Below, piece by piece: positions 39,424 through 40,705 of a DNA stretch of 40,705 bases. A program made the position numbers and the translations under genes. The DNA is from a virus. The stretch spans positions 1 through 40,705 of IMG/VR virus record IMGVR_UViG_3300031616_000015; one strand, written 5' to 3'. Position 1 is the first letter of the stretch. Each line of letters begins with the position of its first letter. The notes beneath the pieces are model-generated. The model ran no database searches. It had not been told where the DNA came from and worked only from the letters and a program-made list of their open reading frames with translations.

Positions 39424-39654
39424 ACGGGGGAGGTCAAGCCCTCAGGGCAAGGAACGGCACGGAAGTTCTCGGGACTCCTGAGGAGAAGGCGATTGAGTCG
39501 CGCCTCAGGCTCGCACCCGAGAACGTGCACCCACCACGGGAGTTCGTCAGGAATACCGTAGGGTCAGAGTATCTGGCGATGACGACACGGAAAGACGTGT
39601 GGCCCCCGCGCTTCGGCGCATGGCGCAATGCAGGTTCGAATCCTGCGAGGGGCG
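39424..39654 (+). ncRNA. Structured RNA of unknown class ending in a tRNA-like T-arm/acceptor minihelix (39602-39654). It is not a canonical tRNA.
   Basis: The T-arm GCAGG-TTCGAAT-CCTGC lies at 39630-39646. The 3' strand GAGGGGC (39647-39653) pairs with GCCCC (39602-39606). There is a GCGC-TTCG-GCGC hairpin at 39608-39619. Upstream long-range pairings are CCTCAGG 39440 / CCTGAGG 39477 and GTTCTCGGG 39465 / CCCGAGAAC 39516. The antisense ORF contains the AGFEPA signature typical of tRNA antisense. Confidence 0.4.
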
Positions 39655-39829
39655 CGAAGGTGTGACGCACCTAGTTTTGGCAGTAGCCGTTTACGACGAG
39701 TGTCACATCTTCACGGGAGCAAGGAATCGGCAGGCCCAATTTCATATCGGCAGTGTGCGGAACTATCCCGCAGAGACGCTCGTCCCCTGATGCGACACTA
39801 ACGCGGTTAGACGCAGAAAGTGACGCTAT

Positions 39830-40069
39830 ATGGATCGGCTACGTACTGACGGGACCCATAGCACGGATGTGATACGACTTGCGCGAACGTTTAACTCGTT
39901 CGGCTCCCACGTGGCAGCAGACAAAGAGCCGATGATCCTCCGCTTGATTCGAGCGGCCAGGAAGCAGAAGGCGGAGCAGACACGCAAGCTTCCGCCCGTC
40001 AAGAACGCGAAGGAGGCTCGCATCGTCAAGGGAGCGAAGCGCACGCATGGTGGAGGTGCCGACAACTAG
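39830..40069 (+). CDS. Hypothetical basic protein (79 aa) between the two RNA genes
   Basis: Track ORF with moderately GC-rich third positions and no clear SD. Confidence 0.45.
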   Translation: MDRLRTDGTHSTDVIRLARTFNSFGSHVAADKEPMILRLIRAARKQKAEQTRKLPPVKNAKEARIVKGAKRTHGGGADN

Positions 40070-40123
40070 CCGACTGCGCTAGCATCCCTCGCAGACAGTC
40101 AACTGCGCTAGCATTCGCAACAC

Positions 40124-40196
40124 GCCCCATATAGCTTAACGGTAGAGCGCTCCGCCCGATACGCGGGAAGACAAGGGTTCGAATCCCTTAGGGGCA
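40124..40196 (+). tRNA. tRNA-like gene, 73 nt, with tentative anticodon GAU (Ile) and irregular features
   Basis: T-arm is AAGGG-TTCGAAT-CCCTT. D-arm is GCTT-AACGGTA-GAGC. The anticodon stem is TCCGC/GCGGG with loop CCGATAC. The acceptor stem has only 5 G-C pairs plus mismatches, position 33 is C rather than U, and no CCA is encoded. Confidence 0.55.
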
Positions 40197-40303
40197 CGGC
40201 GCAAGTACCCGAGGTCACGCTCTCGCACTGTGACAGCGAGTCAAGGGGAACGCACCGCCGAGGACGGAAGGCATAGGCCGTGACAGTCCGGAGAGACGGA
40301 CGC

Positions 40304-40340
40304 GAGGGGACGAGCCTGGCCCGTCCTTGCTCGTCCCCTC
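40304..40340 (+). terminator. Hairpin with a 12-bp perfect stem (GAGGGGACGAGC / GCTCGTCCCCTC) and 13-nt loop, downstream of the tRNA
   Basis: Read directly at 40304-40315 and 40329-40340. Confidence 0.55.
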
Positions 40341-40383
40341 ACCTGCACACCCCGCATCATCCCGCACAGAAAGCAGACCTCGC

Positions 40384-40705
40384 ATGACACAAGCAACACA
40401 GCAAGCGGACCCGTGGGCCACGGCCAGTCAGGCAGCAACGGGTGCGGCTGAGGCCGCCAAGCCCGCAGACCCCAACGCCGACCCTTTCGCCAGCCCGGAC
40501 GAAATCGGCGGTAGCTCTGGTCCGCGCGGCCCGAAGTGGGCGGAAATCCTTGACCGGCTGGTCGTTCTAAAGCCCGTCAAGCTTCTGACGGATCAGCCCG
40601 TGCCGGGAGACCCGAACAAGACGCAGAGCATCTACGTCGCCACCCTCACCGTGCTCGGATCCGAATCCGTCACCGTGGTCTCTCCGGCCACCGAGAAGGA
40701 TGGCA
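40384..40705 (+). CDS. N-terminal part of the junction-spanning CDS, which continues as 1..450 (see first feature)
   Basis: The reading from ATG 40384 is stop-free to the window end (hand translated: MTQATQQADPWATASQAATGAAEAAKPADPNADPFASPDEIGG...KLLTDQPVPGDPNK). It is in phase with ORF 22..450. Confidence 0.6.
   Translation, partial: MTQATQQADPWATASQAATGAAEAAKPADPNADPFASPDEIGGSSGPRGPKWAEILDRLVVLKPVKLLTDQPVPGDPNKTQSIYVATLTVLGSESVTVVSPATEKDG
40579..40705. repeat. Exact 127-bp duplicate of bases 1-127 (assembly or terminal overlap of a circular or circularly permuted genome)
   Basis: Compared base by base: aagcttctgacggatcagcccgtgccgggagac...ccgagaaggatggca. Confidence 0.95.

Noticed and set aside
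39424-39654. tmRNA (ssrA-like) gene
   Set aside because: A T-arm and pseudoknot-like pairings are present, but the locus is only about 230 nt. The putative acceptor stem lacks the G3:U70 alanine identity pair, the 5' GGGGG does not pair with the 3' end, and no resume codon or tag ORF ending in a hydrophobic tail plus stop could be found in any frame.
39602-40196. tRNA-like 3' segments acting as a phage attP core for integration into a host tRNA gene
   Set aside because: No integrase or recombinase candidate exists anywhere in the closed genome. Both loci also have their own promoter-like elements, which favours expressed RNAs over an attachment site.

Overview
The window is a complete, circularly closed replicon. 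Bases 1-127 are repeated exactly at 40579-40705, so the unit length is 40,578 bp. It looks like a GC-rich, siphovirus-like dsDNA phage, probably from an actinobacterial (Streptomyces-like) host. Support for that host guess: frequent GTG starts, 4-nt ATGA/GTGA gene overlaps, leaderless genes and TTGACA/TAnnnT promoters. There are two transcription blocks. Block 1 is on the + strand, 34349 -> window end/start -> 4829, and holds early/DNA-metabolism genes: SF2 helicase, PD-(D/E)xK exonuclease, ParB-like nuclease-domain protein, many small Cys-rich proteins, one tRNA and one odd tRNA-like RNA locus. Block 2 is on the - strand, 34231 -> 4913. In order it holds a prim-pol/RecA-type primase-helicase, RusA, an HTH (small-terminase-like) protein, large terminase, portal, MuF-like/ClpP-like protease fusion, HK97-type capsid, head-tail connectors, two paralogous tail-tube proteins, a chaperone pair with a -1 frameshift, tape measure, minor tail proteins, endolysin and holin-like membrane proteins. 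The blocks converge on a hairpin at 4863-4900 and diverge at 34232-34348. I found no integrase, excisionase or obvious CI-type repressor. The main non-obvious signals are: (1) about 22 copies of the 8-mer TAGTTGAC, organised as direct-repeat leaderless promoters, palindromic operator cassettes and a 20-bp phased triplet; (2) a 13-copy GGTACGCAC iteron array next to the primase-helicase gene, with a satellite site inside that gene; (3) two self-contained accessory cassettes inserted into the packaging module, one carrying a secreted I36/crystallin-like protein; (4) a promoter-driven, roughly 230-nt structured RNA with a tRNA-like 3' minihelix. All family assignments come from motifs read by eye and recalled family signatures. 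No database search was run.
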